From Camelus ferus (Eukaryota): a stretch of 64,000 nt of DNA. The stretch lies in the NCBI RefSeq assembly GCF_009834535.1, contig NC_045697.1:61692001-61756000 (forward strand), written 5' to 3'. The position numbers were made by a program, and so were the translations under genes. Of the stretch, positions 12,421 to 25,248 are shown piece after piece. The number at the start of each line of letters is the position of its first letter. The stretch's first letter is position 1. The notes under the pieces are model-generated. The model made no database searches. It was not told where the DNA came from and worked only from the letters and a program-made list of their open reading frames with translations.

Positions 12421-13029
12421 AAATTAGTAAAGAACGCTGAGCTCCAAACCCATTAGGAATCACCCGCAGTAACTGATCTGATCACAGCAGCAGTGACACC
12501 TCCATTAACTCGACTGCATCATATTTCCAAGAGCATAAGAACTGATTGGTCCCGGGAGCCACTCCTGAAGCAAATGCAAGCTTATTCTGCCACAATCTGC
12601 ATGGATGTATTCAATCACACAGGACCACCCATGCAGTCTTTGACTTAATTTTAAAATCACATACTAGATCAGTACTGAAACATTTATCCCATTGTGCTCT
12701 CTTGCAGATCTTTGAAATTATTAAAATGCACTTAACTTTTCCCACTTCTCTCTCTGCTTTATTTCAAAGAGACTTCACTTCCTTATTTACAAACATAAAC
12801 TTTTTCTATCTCCTTACCTAACATTATTCCTTACCTCTCAAAACCTTAGCTACAAATACAAGTTATAATGTCATATCTTGGAAGAGAATGGAAGGAAATT
12901 CCATATTCAAATAGTAAATAATAAACAGTAAGTATCCAAGAAAATTGGGACATCTATTTTATAAAGAAGGGACCTGCCAGTGACATGTTTTGTTATTGGA
13001 AACTTTATTACTGATGGTAAAACATAACC

Positions 13030-13292
13030 TAGAAGGCAAACTTTTAGTGTTTAGAAACACAGGCTTGGAAATTAGACTTCCTGTTTTTGTGTTCTCTGTT
13101 TACGCACACCTGTGAGATGTGGGTAAGATAATGCAACTTCTCCAAACTTCAATTTTCTTATCTAAAAATAGGACTATTATACTAACTGTATTTTTTGAGG
13201 ATCATATGAAACAATCCACATAAAGCACTTTTACACAGTAGCAAGCACATGGCACTCCAAAATAGTGAGTTATGATTACTATTTTTATTATT
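13030..13292 (+). mobile_element. MIR SINE
   Basis: 'cctgtgagatgtgggtaagata...aacttctccaaacttcaattttcttatctaaaaatagga', 'taaagcactt...acagta'. Confidence 0.75.
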
Positions 13293-13844
13293 TTATATAA
13301 TATTGTATATTATTTGGTATATTTTCATCAATCATCATCATACTGGAGGTCTTCTATCTTCTCTTCTTTCTCTAGAAAAAATGATTTTGATATAATCTCA
13401 GTCTAGCTTGGGATATCCATATCTTTTCAAGTTCATCTGTAACCCAGTGAATCAGAGAATATACAGAATCCAGAAGCACAACTTTCTTTGGTGCCCAACA
13501 GACATCCCCTTCCCTATGGTCATTCATCTTCCTAAGTCACTTGAGATTTTCTTAGAGCTAAGATGATCAGAATTTCCGTTTTATCCTCCATGCTAAGTAA
13601 AGTAAATACAAACGAACTTTGTTCAAAGACAATCTATTAAAACATCACCTCACAACCTAACAGTAAAGGGGATATTTTTTCTTTTAAATTTAGAAATATC
13701 TCACATTCCATCCACTGCACTTGAGATTACTTCACCCTAAGACAACACATTCTTTTATAACCTAACAAAAATTTGACATTTTTTATATACCCCATGACTA
13801 TGTCCTTGAATGTATAAACAGAAACTCATCCTCTTTATCAGTTT

Positions 13845-14105
13845 TTGCCAAAACATGTTCTACAGAATTGTCCCCTGAGGTGTCTTTTCTCAAAACTAGT
13901 CAAACAGATGTAGAAAATGCTGTATTCCCTATTTTCCCTCCCTTAGAGATTCACAATGAATACCAGCATTTTAAAGGCTCTTACAAATCTCATCAAAAAG
14001 AAACATATTAAACTATGCTTCACTTGGTGGGGTTTTTTTTTAAGTAACAAAACTTTTTAATATTACAAATAACAATAACCATGCTGAAGAGAAAATGTTC
14101 TAGAA
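13845..14105 (+). mobile_element. MER112-like hAT-Charlie element
   Basis: 'cccttagagattcacaatgaataccagcattttaaaggctc...aaagaaacatattaaact'; family name from memory. Confidence 0.55.
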
Positions 14106-16091
14106 ATTTTGACTCATCTAAATTCAATCAAGGCATTGAGAACCCTTGGATTATTTTTCACATTAAGTACACTATTGAGAAATAGTTCAAGAGATTGAAG
14201 GTAGTCATTTAGATCCTAAATGTCATTCACCATTGATCTTTTTAAGGGATTGCTATTCCTAAAATTATTGAAACAAATTATCATAGGTGACTAGAATTTA
14301 ATTAAAAAGTTAATATAGTGAATATTTCATGCTATTAATGTGCAAATTATTGGGAGAATCTATTTTTGATTGCTGTCTTAAAATTTCAGTACTGAAGGGC
14401 AGTCAGAAGGAAACTTCCAATTTATTATTTTCACATTTTGCCCCAATCATTGAAGAATTTTATACCTACTGTGTGCATGGGCATTTGACATTTGAAAAGT
14501 CCCATGAAGAAATGGTAAAGGCCTTTAATTATTACACAACTCTACGCCACTAAAAGCTGACCATAAAAAGGGGCTTCAAAATGAATAAAAGGCCTCTCTA
14601 AAGTATGTTAACTTTTGATCTTCTCTTAATCCTGAGGAAGAGACAGAGAACAGTTTCTCTTTCAGGTTGAGCTAAAGACAGTTTTTAAGATACATGTGCT
14701 AGAACAACTATATGTTTCTGCAAAAGGGATCCCAAATTCTTCAGGGTCAACAACTTGAAATGAAGGGAAAAAAAAAAAAAAAGATACCCTGTGTGTTGAT
14801 TTAATGTCTGTTACTGAAACCCTGAAGCACAACGCTGGGTGAAAGGACTTAAAAGTTTTCATCAGCTTCTAAATTTATTCCTGACAGAAATTAGAACACA
14901 AGCACTTAAAAAAGAGAGAGAGAGAGAGAGTAGAGAGTGAAAGAACTAAGTATGGGGTGAGAAGGAGAAAATTTAGGATGTGGAAGAAAATACTTTAAAA
15001 CTTTCAAATCTGGAAGAAGTTTGTTGGTGCCTTTTTCAAAGTTTTTTTTTTTTATTAATAAATGAAAGCCACTATAATGTAGAATTATATCTACAAGTCT
15101 GATAAGGAATATTTAACATTCACTCACATTATTTTTAAGTTGTGTTTCCTCATGGTTTGACTGTACAAGATCAAACAAACACTATGGATTTCAATTTTAA
15201 AAAAAGGATGACATTTTGATTGATTTTCTTTCTTTATCTTATTCACTTTCCTGCTCTAGTTATTCTCCATTTGCACCTCCCTTGACTTCTCCTCTTAAAA
15301 GTAAAGATGAATTAAAGACATTCTAATTTGTACTGTCAAATTAATCACTGACTTAAAAGACTAGGTATAAATACAAAAATAGTTTAATCAACTTCCTCAA
15401 CAAACTTACAAAAAAATGTTGTAGATTCAAATCGGGGACCCTATTTCAGATATCCCATTTGGTTTAATTGGTTCAACTCACTTTTACTTTAAAACAATCT
15501 AACTTCAGCCTAATAATCAATTAAATGCAATTATTAATAATTTTATATTCTATTTATTCTTATAATTCAATAATATATCTTATTAGATTTAGTTGGATAT
15601 ATAGATATGTGACTTTGAATACATTATTTAACTCTTCATCATGCAGACCCTTTATAGATAAACAGGATCCCTCAGGGTATCCAGCCTCACCAGGTAGCTT
15701 TTCTAAACCTTCTATTCTCCCTGACCTCCTGCACACCATCCTTACCACATGATGACCCTGGGTGTCATTTCCATGTGGAAAAAAAAAAAAAAGAAACATG
15801 GACACATTTCTTCTCTACACACTTAGAAGCAATATTCGGCATACACAGCTGTCCTCTCATCCTTCCCCTAAAGCTCAGGGAAATAACTGTTTCCTTCCTT
15901 TTCTAAATATAACCCCTCTATTTCACGCCTCTGTAACTCTTCTCAGTTTCTGTAGGGCATTACTAGTCCCTGTTTTTAAGACTTTCTTCTTTGACCCAGA
16001 TTCTGAAACTTATGTCTGGTCTTTCTCTTCATTACTTTTGAACAACTACAGTACTATTAATAGGAGTTGGTGGTTCATAAAGTCTCAAAGT

Positions 16092-16141
16092 AAAAAAAAA
16101 AAAAAAAAAAAAAGGAGGAGGAGGAGAAGAAGAAGAAGAAA
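16092..16141 (+). repeat. Pure purine tract: poly(A) followed by (GGA)n and (AGA)n
   Basis: Directly visible; explains the K/R run in ORF 15762..16226. Confidence 0.95.
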
Positions 16142-16329
16142 CAGAACGAAGGAAAATCATTATTCACTCTCACAAAGACATGAAGATAGACTAAGTGATA
16201 TTAAAAACATTTTCAACAACATCTAAATTAAAAAATTAAATTTTAAAAAACTTGGAGGAGGTAATGGCTCACCATAAAACAGAAAATTTGTAACTCTATT
16301 ATCCCATCCCTAGAGTAATCTAATTGAGA

Positions 16330-16452
16330 TTAGTGGTAAGAACACTGCAACAGTGTCAGAGAATTGCCATTCTATTGCACTTCATTCTTGTATCCTATCG
16401 CTCACCTTCAATGGGCTTCACATCTGTAAAATGAGAGAGTTGCTTTAGAGGG
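16330..16452 (+). mobile_element. MIR SINE fragment
   Basis: 'tagtggtaagaacactg' and 'catctgtaaaatgagagagttg'. Confidence 0.55.
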
Positions 16453-16493
16453 TTTTAAAATTGCTTGACCACAATGCATTCACAAGTGATAAG

Positions 16494-16664
16494 CAGCAGT
16501 GGTCTCACTGGTGTAAAACCTGTGCTGTCTCACATGCTCAGAAGGGCTCCACCATTGGATTAATAATTCACTATTGCCATCTGAAATTTTAAAATCATTT
16601 TTTAACCAAGGAGACACATAGTTTCATCTGACTTCGGGCCCTGCAATATATGTAGCTGGTCCTG
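16494..16664 (+). mobile_element. MER91A-like (hAT-Tip100) element
   Basis: 'gctcagaagggctcc', 'ttgccatctgaaatttt', 3' end 'gggccctgcaatatatgtagctggtcctg'; 8-bp TSD gtgataag (16486-16493) / gtggtgag (16665-16672), 6/8 identical. Confidence 0.75.
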
Positions 16665-18136
16665 GTGGTGAGACCAGCTTGATGAGCTGAGATCAGCATT
16701 TCCTTAATGAATTAATTGAGAAGAACTGCTAATGTACATCACACAAAGATTAAACACTCTTGTTCCAGTTTTGTTTACAAGCATGTGTGTATCTGTGTGT
16801 GGAACAGGCAGGGGAGTGGGTATTCATGTGTGTACATTTGGTTGCAATATAAAACACTTTTATGTGAGTTGTGGTCAGTGATTAGACAATTACTAAGGCC
16901 CCTACCAGTTCTAACATTCTAGGGTGCTGTGTCTCTTGTTATGAACTGACCCAGCATAATTGAAAAGATTTTTTCTACAGTAGAAGAAAAACCCATCATC
17001 CAGTGGGAAAACCTAATGATTCCAAAAAAAGGATTCAAATTCAAAGCCAGCTAGTTTCACCTTCCTTTTGAAATGCTCCTATGCACAAAGAAAAAAAAAT
17101 AACTTAACCACTCTAAATATGGAACTATATTTATATAAACATATTTTTTAAATAAATCGAGATCAGTGCCACATAGTATATAACAAAAAAATAGGAAAGG
17201 TAGAATTATTCTTTGTTTGCAACATATCAAGTGTGTATTCTCCAAAGATCATAACAAACTTAACTGGTCTCTTATTATAAGCTGTACTTTAGAATATCAT
17301 CATCATAAACACTAATATAATTATTTTGAATCCCCGAATATTTAGAACTTCTATTAGGTCTTTTTTCAAAGATAACATTTAGTATGATTATATACAACAT
17401 TCTGATATCTATTTATTGAAACTGCACATTGAACCTGGGATAAGACACAGTATTTGTGCAATAATAAGCACTTTGCAGAGATGGGTGTGTTGATATAAAA
17501 CTACTAAATGTATGTAAGCCACATAATTTTTTCATATTTAGAAAGCAATGGCATGTTTTTCTCTTAAAGAAACTACTTTTACAACCCACATTTACAAAAT
17601 GTGAGCTTTCCAGAGATTAAAAGCTTTTTCCAGCCAAGCAGAAATAGGATGGAGTTAAAATACTTTCCTGACACACTCCAAACTCACCAGAGTTCAACAG
17701 GGAAGCCAGTAAGAAAGTCCATTCAGTGGTACTACTCTCCTGAGAGAATGTTCAAAAGATAAAATTATGACCCCAAGGTGAACTGAAAGCCAGGATTCTG
17801 CTGATAATTATAGTTCCAAAACCATTTCAATTTCAATGCATTTTAGAAGCTTCATATATGTGAATTATTTGTCAAATTGATATCATTACACATGCCGTAA
17901 TGTGTATTTTGGGTGCTCATAACGAGCACCCTGCAGCTAAAATAGTTTGGATATACAGAGTCTGAGTCTGATAAATAGCTATCATTTTTCTTCTGTGGTT
18001 AAGGAAGTCATATTCATAGCCTAGCTGATAATACAATGCAAATGACATTTCTAATGTGTCCCAGCATTAGACAAAAGATCAGAGAGGAGTAGGCCAGCGG
18101 TAAAAAAAACCCAATCAGTGTTACGGGTATGTCAAG

Positions 18137-18425
18137 AAATTACGGTTACCAAAGGGGAAAGGGTGGGGGAGGGATAAATTAGGAGTTGGGGATTAACAAA
18201 TACACATTACCATGTATAAAATGAACAAGTACCTACTGTATACGACAGGGGACTATATTCAATATCTTGTAATAACATATAATGAAAAATAATCTGAAAA
18301 AGAAAATACATATATGTGTATGTACAACTGAATTGTTTGCTGTACACCTGAAATTATCATTGTAAATCATCTACACTAATAAATAAATAAATAAAATTTA
18401 GAAAAAAATCAATTAAAAAAAGAAA
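18137..18425 (+). mobile_element. Cetartiodactyl-type L1 3' UTR, heavily 5'-truncated
   Basis: 'ggttaccaaaggggaaagggtggggagggataaattaggagtt...gggactatattcaatatcttgtaataac...tgctgtacacctgaaa', (TAAA)n/A tail; possible TSD aagaaatta / aagaaacta. Confidence 0.9.
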
Positions 18426-18626
18426 CTAGCTATACAGTTATGCAAAAAGAAGTCGTGGATAAAGTTGACAGCTCACAAGTTAAGAAGTTAAAAGACCTGC
18501 ACTGATCTCTTGTTTCAGCTCCAGCCACTATTTTGTTTTCTCTTGTACTTCTGCAGCTTTATTAGCAAAGGGAGGTGATAAACATGTTCTCAGACTCATC
18601 TTCCAAACTTACTGTTAGAGTGACTG

Positions 18627-18848
18627 AGAGGCAGTATGATATAGAGGAAGACATATTCACGGCTCAATCTGCTATATGAATGAGGGCCATTCATTTAGTT
18701 AACAGAGAAGGTCAATTTTTTCTCTCATCTGTAAGATGAAACTTCTTATAATACAGAGTTCACAGAATTGATATGCAAATCAAATAATATCTTGTATGGG
18801 AAAACTGGTTTGCAAACAGTAAACTGCTATTATAAATGTTAGATTACT
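18627..18848 (+). mobile_element. MIR SINE
   Basis: 'agaggcagtatgatatagaggaag', 'tctctcatctgtaagatgaa', 'gtaaactgctattataaatgttag'. Confidence 0.7.
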
Positions 18849-19559
18849 GGCTTGGAGTTGCATGAGAAATACTTCAAATAGGATCTATTTAGATATCCTG
18901 GATCTAAATTCCTAGGAAAATAATTATAAAGGAAGATATAATTCCAATATTCTCAGAATATTGGAAGCATCTATAATAATTTTAAAATGAATAGAGTTAG
19001 TGTGAAAAATATACACAATTTGATGATCTATCCATATTTATCCATCTCAAACAAAACAAACCTGCAATCTGGGGAGGAGGGGTAAGTAGGAAAAAAGTAG
19101 GAAGGTTCTTATTTGTTTAGAGCCATAGCACCGTCACCAGCCAGGTATTAGGGAATTGGCTTATCCTATAGAACTTCTTTTTGAGGGTAGTTATTTCCTT
19201 CCATCTCCTCCAGCTCTATCATCCCTATTCCACATCCTACACACATACATACTATAGTAACTTCTGTTACTACAAGTGTTTGGGAGAAAAAGAGAGAGAG
19301 AGAAACCTGAAGAAGGGACCAGCTGTGATCAGACAGATGGAATGTTCTTATCAGTCTGGTCTGCACAATGTGCCTGAACTTGGAGTGGACCTAATATGAC
19401 CCAACCCCATAGATAGTAAATAAGACAGTGGTGAGCACTCTGAAACCAAATTAAAGCGCTAGTTCTAGGAGAAAAGTAAATGGATGCCACTTGGCATATA
19501 ACTAGACAAAACAATAAAGCATTACAAGCTCAGGTTTTCTATCAGTACAAGATAAGCCC

Positions 19560-19995
19560 ATGTTTTTCACTATAGCATAGAGTTTTCATGACCCGACCTC
19601 TGCCTTATCATTTTTTGCCTTTTTACATTGCATGTTACATTCTGGCAATATTCAAACGTTTGTATTTCTTTATTAACTCAATGTTGTTTCTGTACTCCAT
19701 GATTTGCCTTAAAATAAAAACAGTGTCCCTTTCATACACATACACCTAGCTACTGCCTTCACATCATCAAGCCTCATGTCAAGTGACAAGTCTTACAAAT
19801 GATCTTTCCTAACTGTGAAACTTGATTTCATGGCCTCCTCTTGTGTTCTCACAAAATTTTATGCAGGGACTTACACTGCACTTATTACATGAGAAAGTCT
19901 GTGTATTTCTGTTCCCCTCACTGCAACAAGTAAACAAGTTTCTTGGGGGCAGAGACTGTGTCCCAGTCTCCTCTGCAGTGTCAGCAACAGACACA
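19560..19995 (+). mobile_element. L2 LINE 3' region
   Basis: 'aagtttcttgggggcagagactgtgtc...tctctgcagtgtcagcaacagacacagtgcctg' with upstream pyrimidine-rich L2 body. Confidence 0.65.
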
Positions 19996-21396
19996 GTGCC
20001 TGTCTCTCTCCTAGATAAGCAGTCCCTGATATTTCAGAGGGCAATGCAGGTTCTGAGATTCCGGGGAGGGTGGTTTGGGCCAAACTCACAAGAGCCAAAG
20101 GTAAGGAAAAGGTAGAGCCAAAGCAGAACATCAGAGACAATCCAAAATTGATTGCTTGAGCAGACAACCCAGAGTTAATCCAGTAGAAAGTTAAATCCAA
20201 GTGTCTTGGCATAACAGCAAGTGAAAGTCAGGCGTGGACACAAGGAAAGAGAGAATCAGGGTACAGCAAGTGGATTATATCAGAGCACTGAAAGCAGAAT
20301 CTGGAGCTCTTTCTCCTCACTAGGATTCAAGCTTCAGGAGACCCTGAACAAGAGCAGCACTTATCTCAGGACCAGGGGGTAGGAGGAGCTGTTGAAGATA
20401 TAAAGATGATCAGACAATTGTGAAGGTAACTTTCCATGCAATATCTTATTCGAGCCCACTGCATCTTCACTAAACCTAAGATAAAATGTGACTTAATGTC
20501 ACAAATATAAACTAAAAGGTGTCCTTTAAGAAACTAGAACCCCAGTCTTCTGACTGAAGCCATCCAATAAAAAATTCCAATAGACAGCACCCAAAAAGTA
20601 TGTTACTATAGCTCCTGCATTATAAGAGACAGTAAACTATCAAAATGAATCTCAAAATTAAGTATATTCATTATAGTGTTTTAAAAACTATCTTCAGATG
20701 AGTTATATGTAGTGTTCATGTATGTTAATAAATAGCAGGTTAAACTCAAATGTATTAAACAAAAGATTACACATGTATGTAATATTTACAGTGCCTAAAA
20801 CTGCCTGATTTGTGTTTGTAATAAACATGTGAATTTATTAAACAGCCAAGAAAAAAGTTAACATTGAATATTCAGAACAAGGAGTAGTTTCATCCAAGGG
20901 AATATTTCATTGGCAGATGGAAGTGAATATGCAAAATTGTTCCAGTTAAGCAAATGTTTCATATAAATTTTCAAGATAAAACATGTTTGTACTTCTATGC
21001 AATTTGCACTATTTTTAATAGTCTGCTACTGGATGGTTTTTTATATGACAAGTTATTTTTATCAACCTACTCCTCTGAAGCAACACTGAGTCCGAAAAAC
21101 TGAAATGCAAGAAAAGCTCTGGCATAGAAGTAAAATAATGACATTTTAACAGGACCATGAAACGATGACAGATGTACAAGGGAAAGTTCTTAAACATGCT
21201 GGAGAAGAAGCCCATTAAGCCCCCAGACCTTGTGATATCTGCTCATCACTCAGTCTGGGATTCACTATACAAATGGTTCAGAACTTCCAAGATTTATTAG
21301 ACTTAGTGCCCTAGTGTTAGGGCCTCATTCCTGGAACACCATGTTGAATTTATGAATGGAATTCAGGGGAAAAAATGGTGATTCCAAGGTTAAAAA

Positions 21397-21600
21397 GGAA
21401 TGTATGCCACAGGGTTAAGAGACTCTGAAATCAAAAACCCTGGGTTTGATTCCCAGCTCTACCAAGTATAAGATACACGATCTTGGGCAACTTGCTAACT
21501 CTAAATATGCTTCTGTTTCCTCACCTGTAAAATGGAAATAATGATGTCACCTACTTTACAGAGCTGCTGTGAGAAACAAATCATACCATGACTATTAAAT
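21397..21600 (+). mobile_element. MIR SINE
   Basis: 'cctgggtttgattcccagctctacca', 'tcttgggcaacttgctaac', 'ctgtttcctcacctgtaaaatggaaataatg'. Confidence 0.85.
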
Positions 21601-22069
21601 GCTGGCAACAATAAATTCATGGATGAATATGTAAAGAAATAGCTGAAATAATCAAACAGTGTGATATTCACATGAATGTGTTTCTACTGCAATGATCTAT
21701 AAACTCTAAGAGTTTCTATCACTTGTATATGCCATTAGGAAGCTTCCTTGACTAAACTCAAATTTAGCTTGCAAATAAAAGCAAGAGTTCTAACTTTTAG
21801 TTTGAAAAAAAAATCAATGTATTTCACACTTAATAAGACCATAGTCTTCTTTTAAAGTCTTAAATTAATTTAACATTACCCTGAAACAATTAGCCACCAA
21901 ATCTTAATGAGAAAAAAAGAATATTTTGAATATTTGTGTTATTTTACTAAAACAGACACAAGAAGTGTATAACTTCTTTCCAAACTGAATTACTAAGAAA
22001 ACTCTCTTAAATAGTCATCAAAAATTTTTAACATTCACCAAACTTCTCTGAAAATATAAATAATTTTAA

Positions 22070-22240
22070 GGTTAGAATGAGTCTTTGATATCAAGTCCAT
22101 AGCACCCACTTTACACAGAAGGAAACTGAATCCCAAAGACATGTGATTTGCTCAAACTAGTACAGAGTAGTGATCAGAGACCAAGTGATAGAATCAGGTC
22201 CCCAACTAAAACAATACTGTTCATTTCAATACATCACATT
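22070..22240 (-). mobile_element. MIR SINE fragment
   Basis: 'cccactttacacagaaggaaactgaatcccaaaga...gtgatttgctcaa'. Confidence 0.7.
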
Positions 22241-22574
22241 GACAGTGGGATGTATTTACTCATACAAAGTTACAAATTTTGAAATCTTTCAGTATTTGCT
22301 TAGTATTTGTCCATTTCTATTGAGAGTCAAGTATGCTATATAATGTGCTGATTAAAAAGATACTAAGAAATTGGCCATCTTCCAAAAATACAAAAGAATT
22401 AATTCAAGTCATGAAATAAGACTTTATCAAGTATTTCTGGAGGGAAAGAGTTGAAAGAAAAGATCATTGTCTCCATGACTTCATGATGTGAAAAGTCATT
22501 ATCAAGAGGAAAGTGTTAGTTGCCTTCAAATTCAAGGCCAAAAAATAAGCAAAATAACAAGAGATTTAGACCAG

Positions 22575-23055
22575 TGTGGTAGACTATGTTTCCAAAGATG
22601 GCCAGAGTAAAATCTCCTCTTCAGTATGTTCCTTTACAACATGAACTTACCATTTTCCCATCAACAGGTGAAGTCTGTTTCCTCTCTCCCTGAATATGGA
22701 TGGGTCCTATGATCTGTTTGGAACTATAAAATATGTTGTAAGTTATACCGTATAACTTCTCTTGCAAGGTCTTAAAAGGTCTGCTCAGCTTCCAGCTTTA
22801 CTGCTTATAATGCTTCCTTTGCAAACCCAATCACCACGCTGTGAGGAAGCACAAGTAGATGTGTGAAGAGGGCCACTTGGAAAACAGAGCCTATAGGCTG
22901 ACAGTCCCCACTGAGCTCCCAACGTACAGTGAGCACCAATTTTCAGCAAGTGAATGAGGTCATTTAGACTTCCAGCCATCCCATCACTTCATCTAGTGCC
23001 ACATAAAGCAAAACTGCTCAGAGTGCCCAACTCAAATTTCTGATGCAGAAAACAC
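22575..23055 (+). mobile_element. MaLR solo LTR (MLT1G/H-like)
   Basis: 5' 'tgtggtagactatgtttccaaagatggcca', 'cagcttccagctt', 'cagcaagtgaatgaggtcatttagacttccagcc'. Confidence 0.8.
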
Positions 23056-23835
23056 TGAGCAGATTGGTAAATCAATGAATTAAGCTTCCAAAGGTTACCT
23101 TCTACTTACTCTTTACGCTAAATGACTTTCCATGTGCTTCTGTAACACACTATTATTCCCCTACCATAGCATTTATCAAGTTCCATCTTAATTATCTCTG
23201 ACTTACCTTTACCTCTCACTGTGTTGCATGCAAAAATAGTTCTATACCATAACAGATCACTGCAGCAGCCAGAGGAAATATTTGGATCCTAAACATTTAT
23301 GTAATGCTTGGATAATACTTAGTCCTACATATAATATATAGTTTCTAGAGTACCTTAGTCTGGGTTGAATAAACAAGGTCATACAAATTTTTTAAACAAA
23401 ATAATATCTCTAAGCCTGTGCCCTCTAGTCACATCATTGCTCAATTCCATCCAGGTAGTTCTGAGGATCCCCAGAGAGTGATTCTCAGCATACCAGTTCT
23501 TTTTACGATTCTACAGAACTTTATCCTTTTCTCCTTTCATGCCTCATGTTGCTGAAGTTCTATCCTGTGCTATTACCAATGTTGCAATGAACATCTTTGC
23601 CACTGAAGTACACCACAGGATGCTACTGATGCCTGTTCATTTCTGAGTGTGTAGGGTGTTAAAATCTTCACAAATGTTATTAATTTAGTCAAGTCCAATG
23701 TCTTTTGCATCTTCTCATGTCAGGACAAAAGATTTGGTGATAATTCCCCTTCTGGAGCTACTGGTAAGCCATATCTTCAATACTCTACATAACTTTACAT
23801 AAAGTATTCTTTCCCTAGACAGAATGATATTTTCT

Positions 23836-24316
23836 CATTCATTCCTTCAAAAGTATTTATTCAATTAATGGCATTGTTCTCAGCACTGGGTGCAATGGAA
23901 AGCAAGGCAGACAAGGATTCTGCTCTCATAAAACTTGCAGGCAGACCAAAAACGAACACATAAAGGAAATAACTACAAATTATGATAAGCTGTAAAACTG
24001 CAGAATTCTGGCATAGAACAAGGTAAGAGAGATCTACTTCCATCCCTTCTTTAGAAGCTAGAGACAGCCTTTTTGTGGAAGTGACGCTTTAGCTGACTTC
24101 AAAAGTATGAAACAGAGAGAGAGAGAGAAAAAAAAAGAAGATGATGCGAAAAAAACATTTCTCGGCAAAGGAAAAAGTATGTCCAAAGTCTCTGAGGTTA
24201 AAAAGAACTTGGTCTGTTCTAGGAGCAGAAAAGAGGCTAAAGAACTTGAACCAGCGAGTTCTGGGATGAATGAATTAGATGAGGTTAGAAAAATAAGCAG
24301 GGAGTAGACCATGCAG
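23836..24316 (-). mobile_element. L2a LINE 3' region
   Basis: 'tcattcattccttcaaaagtatttatt...cagcactgggtgc', 'tgtccaaagtctctgagg', 'gcagggagtagaccatgcaggg'; abuts an L1. Confidence 0.8.
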
Positions 24317-24317
24317 G

Positions 24318-24770
24318 GAATGAAATCTTGCCATTTGCAACAACATAGATGGATCTAGAAGATATTATGCTAAGTGAAATAAGTCAGACAGAGAAAGACA
24401 AATACTGCACATTCTCACTTATATGTGGAATGTAAAAAACAAAACAAACAAACAAAACAAAATTAAAACAGACTCACAGATATAGGGAAGTACCCAGCAG
24501 TTGCCAGAAGGGAGGGTGTTGGGGGGTTATGAAATAAATGAAGGCAATTAAGAGGTAAAAAACCTCCAGTAATAAAGTAAGTAAGTCACAGGGATGTAAT
24601 ATACAGCATAAGGAATATGGTCAATATAATAAATTTATATGGGAATAGATGGTTATTAGACTCATCCTGGTGATCATTTAATAATGTATGCAAATATCAA
24701 ATCACTATGCAGCACACCCAAAACTAATATAATATTGTATGTCAACTGTATTTCAAATAAAAAATAAATA
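24318..24770 (+). mobile_element. L1 3' end (ORF2 tail plus laurasiatherian-type 3' UTR)
   Basis: 'gaatgaaatcttgccatttgcaacaacatagatggatctagaagatattatgctaagtgaaataagtcagacagagaaagacaaatac', ends 'gtcaactgtatttcaaataaaaaataaata'. Confidence 0.92.
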
Positions 24771-25248
24771 GGAATTTCTTTGCTAGTGCTCTAAAAAAAA
24801 GAGGACTAATTAAATTGACAGGGTTTTGTTTTTCTTTCTCAGGGAATCCCCTTGAAGACAGCAAACTACCAGCATCAATAATAGCACAGAGAATGGGCAT
24901 TGCCAAAGATATTCAGTGGGACTTCTTCACTTCACTGTGGTCACATGGCCGAATGAAATTCGTGTGAAATTATGATGCCTTGTCTAAAACATCTAACACC
25001 TGATAGAGCTCAGAGTCATTCTGTGATTCCATGGCACCAGAAGACCCAATACAAAAAGCATGAAGAGAAAGAGGTTTGAATCCACAGTCTCTGTGGAGAG
25101 TTGAACAACAGAAAGAATGTTCAATGGCTTATGAATTATGATTATCAGAAGAAGGTAAATGCCTTTCAACATCCAACTTGAGTTGATAATTAGACATCTA
25201 ATCTTTATATCTCTTTTCTTTAAAAAATTTGTAATAACAATCACAGGT

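Noticed and set aside
14662..14790. Strong-looking minus-strand pyrimidine tract followed by 'VVDPEEFGIPFAETYSC...'
   Set aside because: The tract is a poly(A) run read in reverse, the frame stops within about 30 codons, there is no convincing donor and the peptide is unrecognised
15762..16226. Longest ORF (154 aa) with a poly-K/R run
   Set aside because: GTG start; the basic runs come from poly(A) and AGG/AGA microsatellites; no recognisable protein or exon structure
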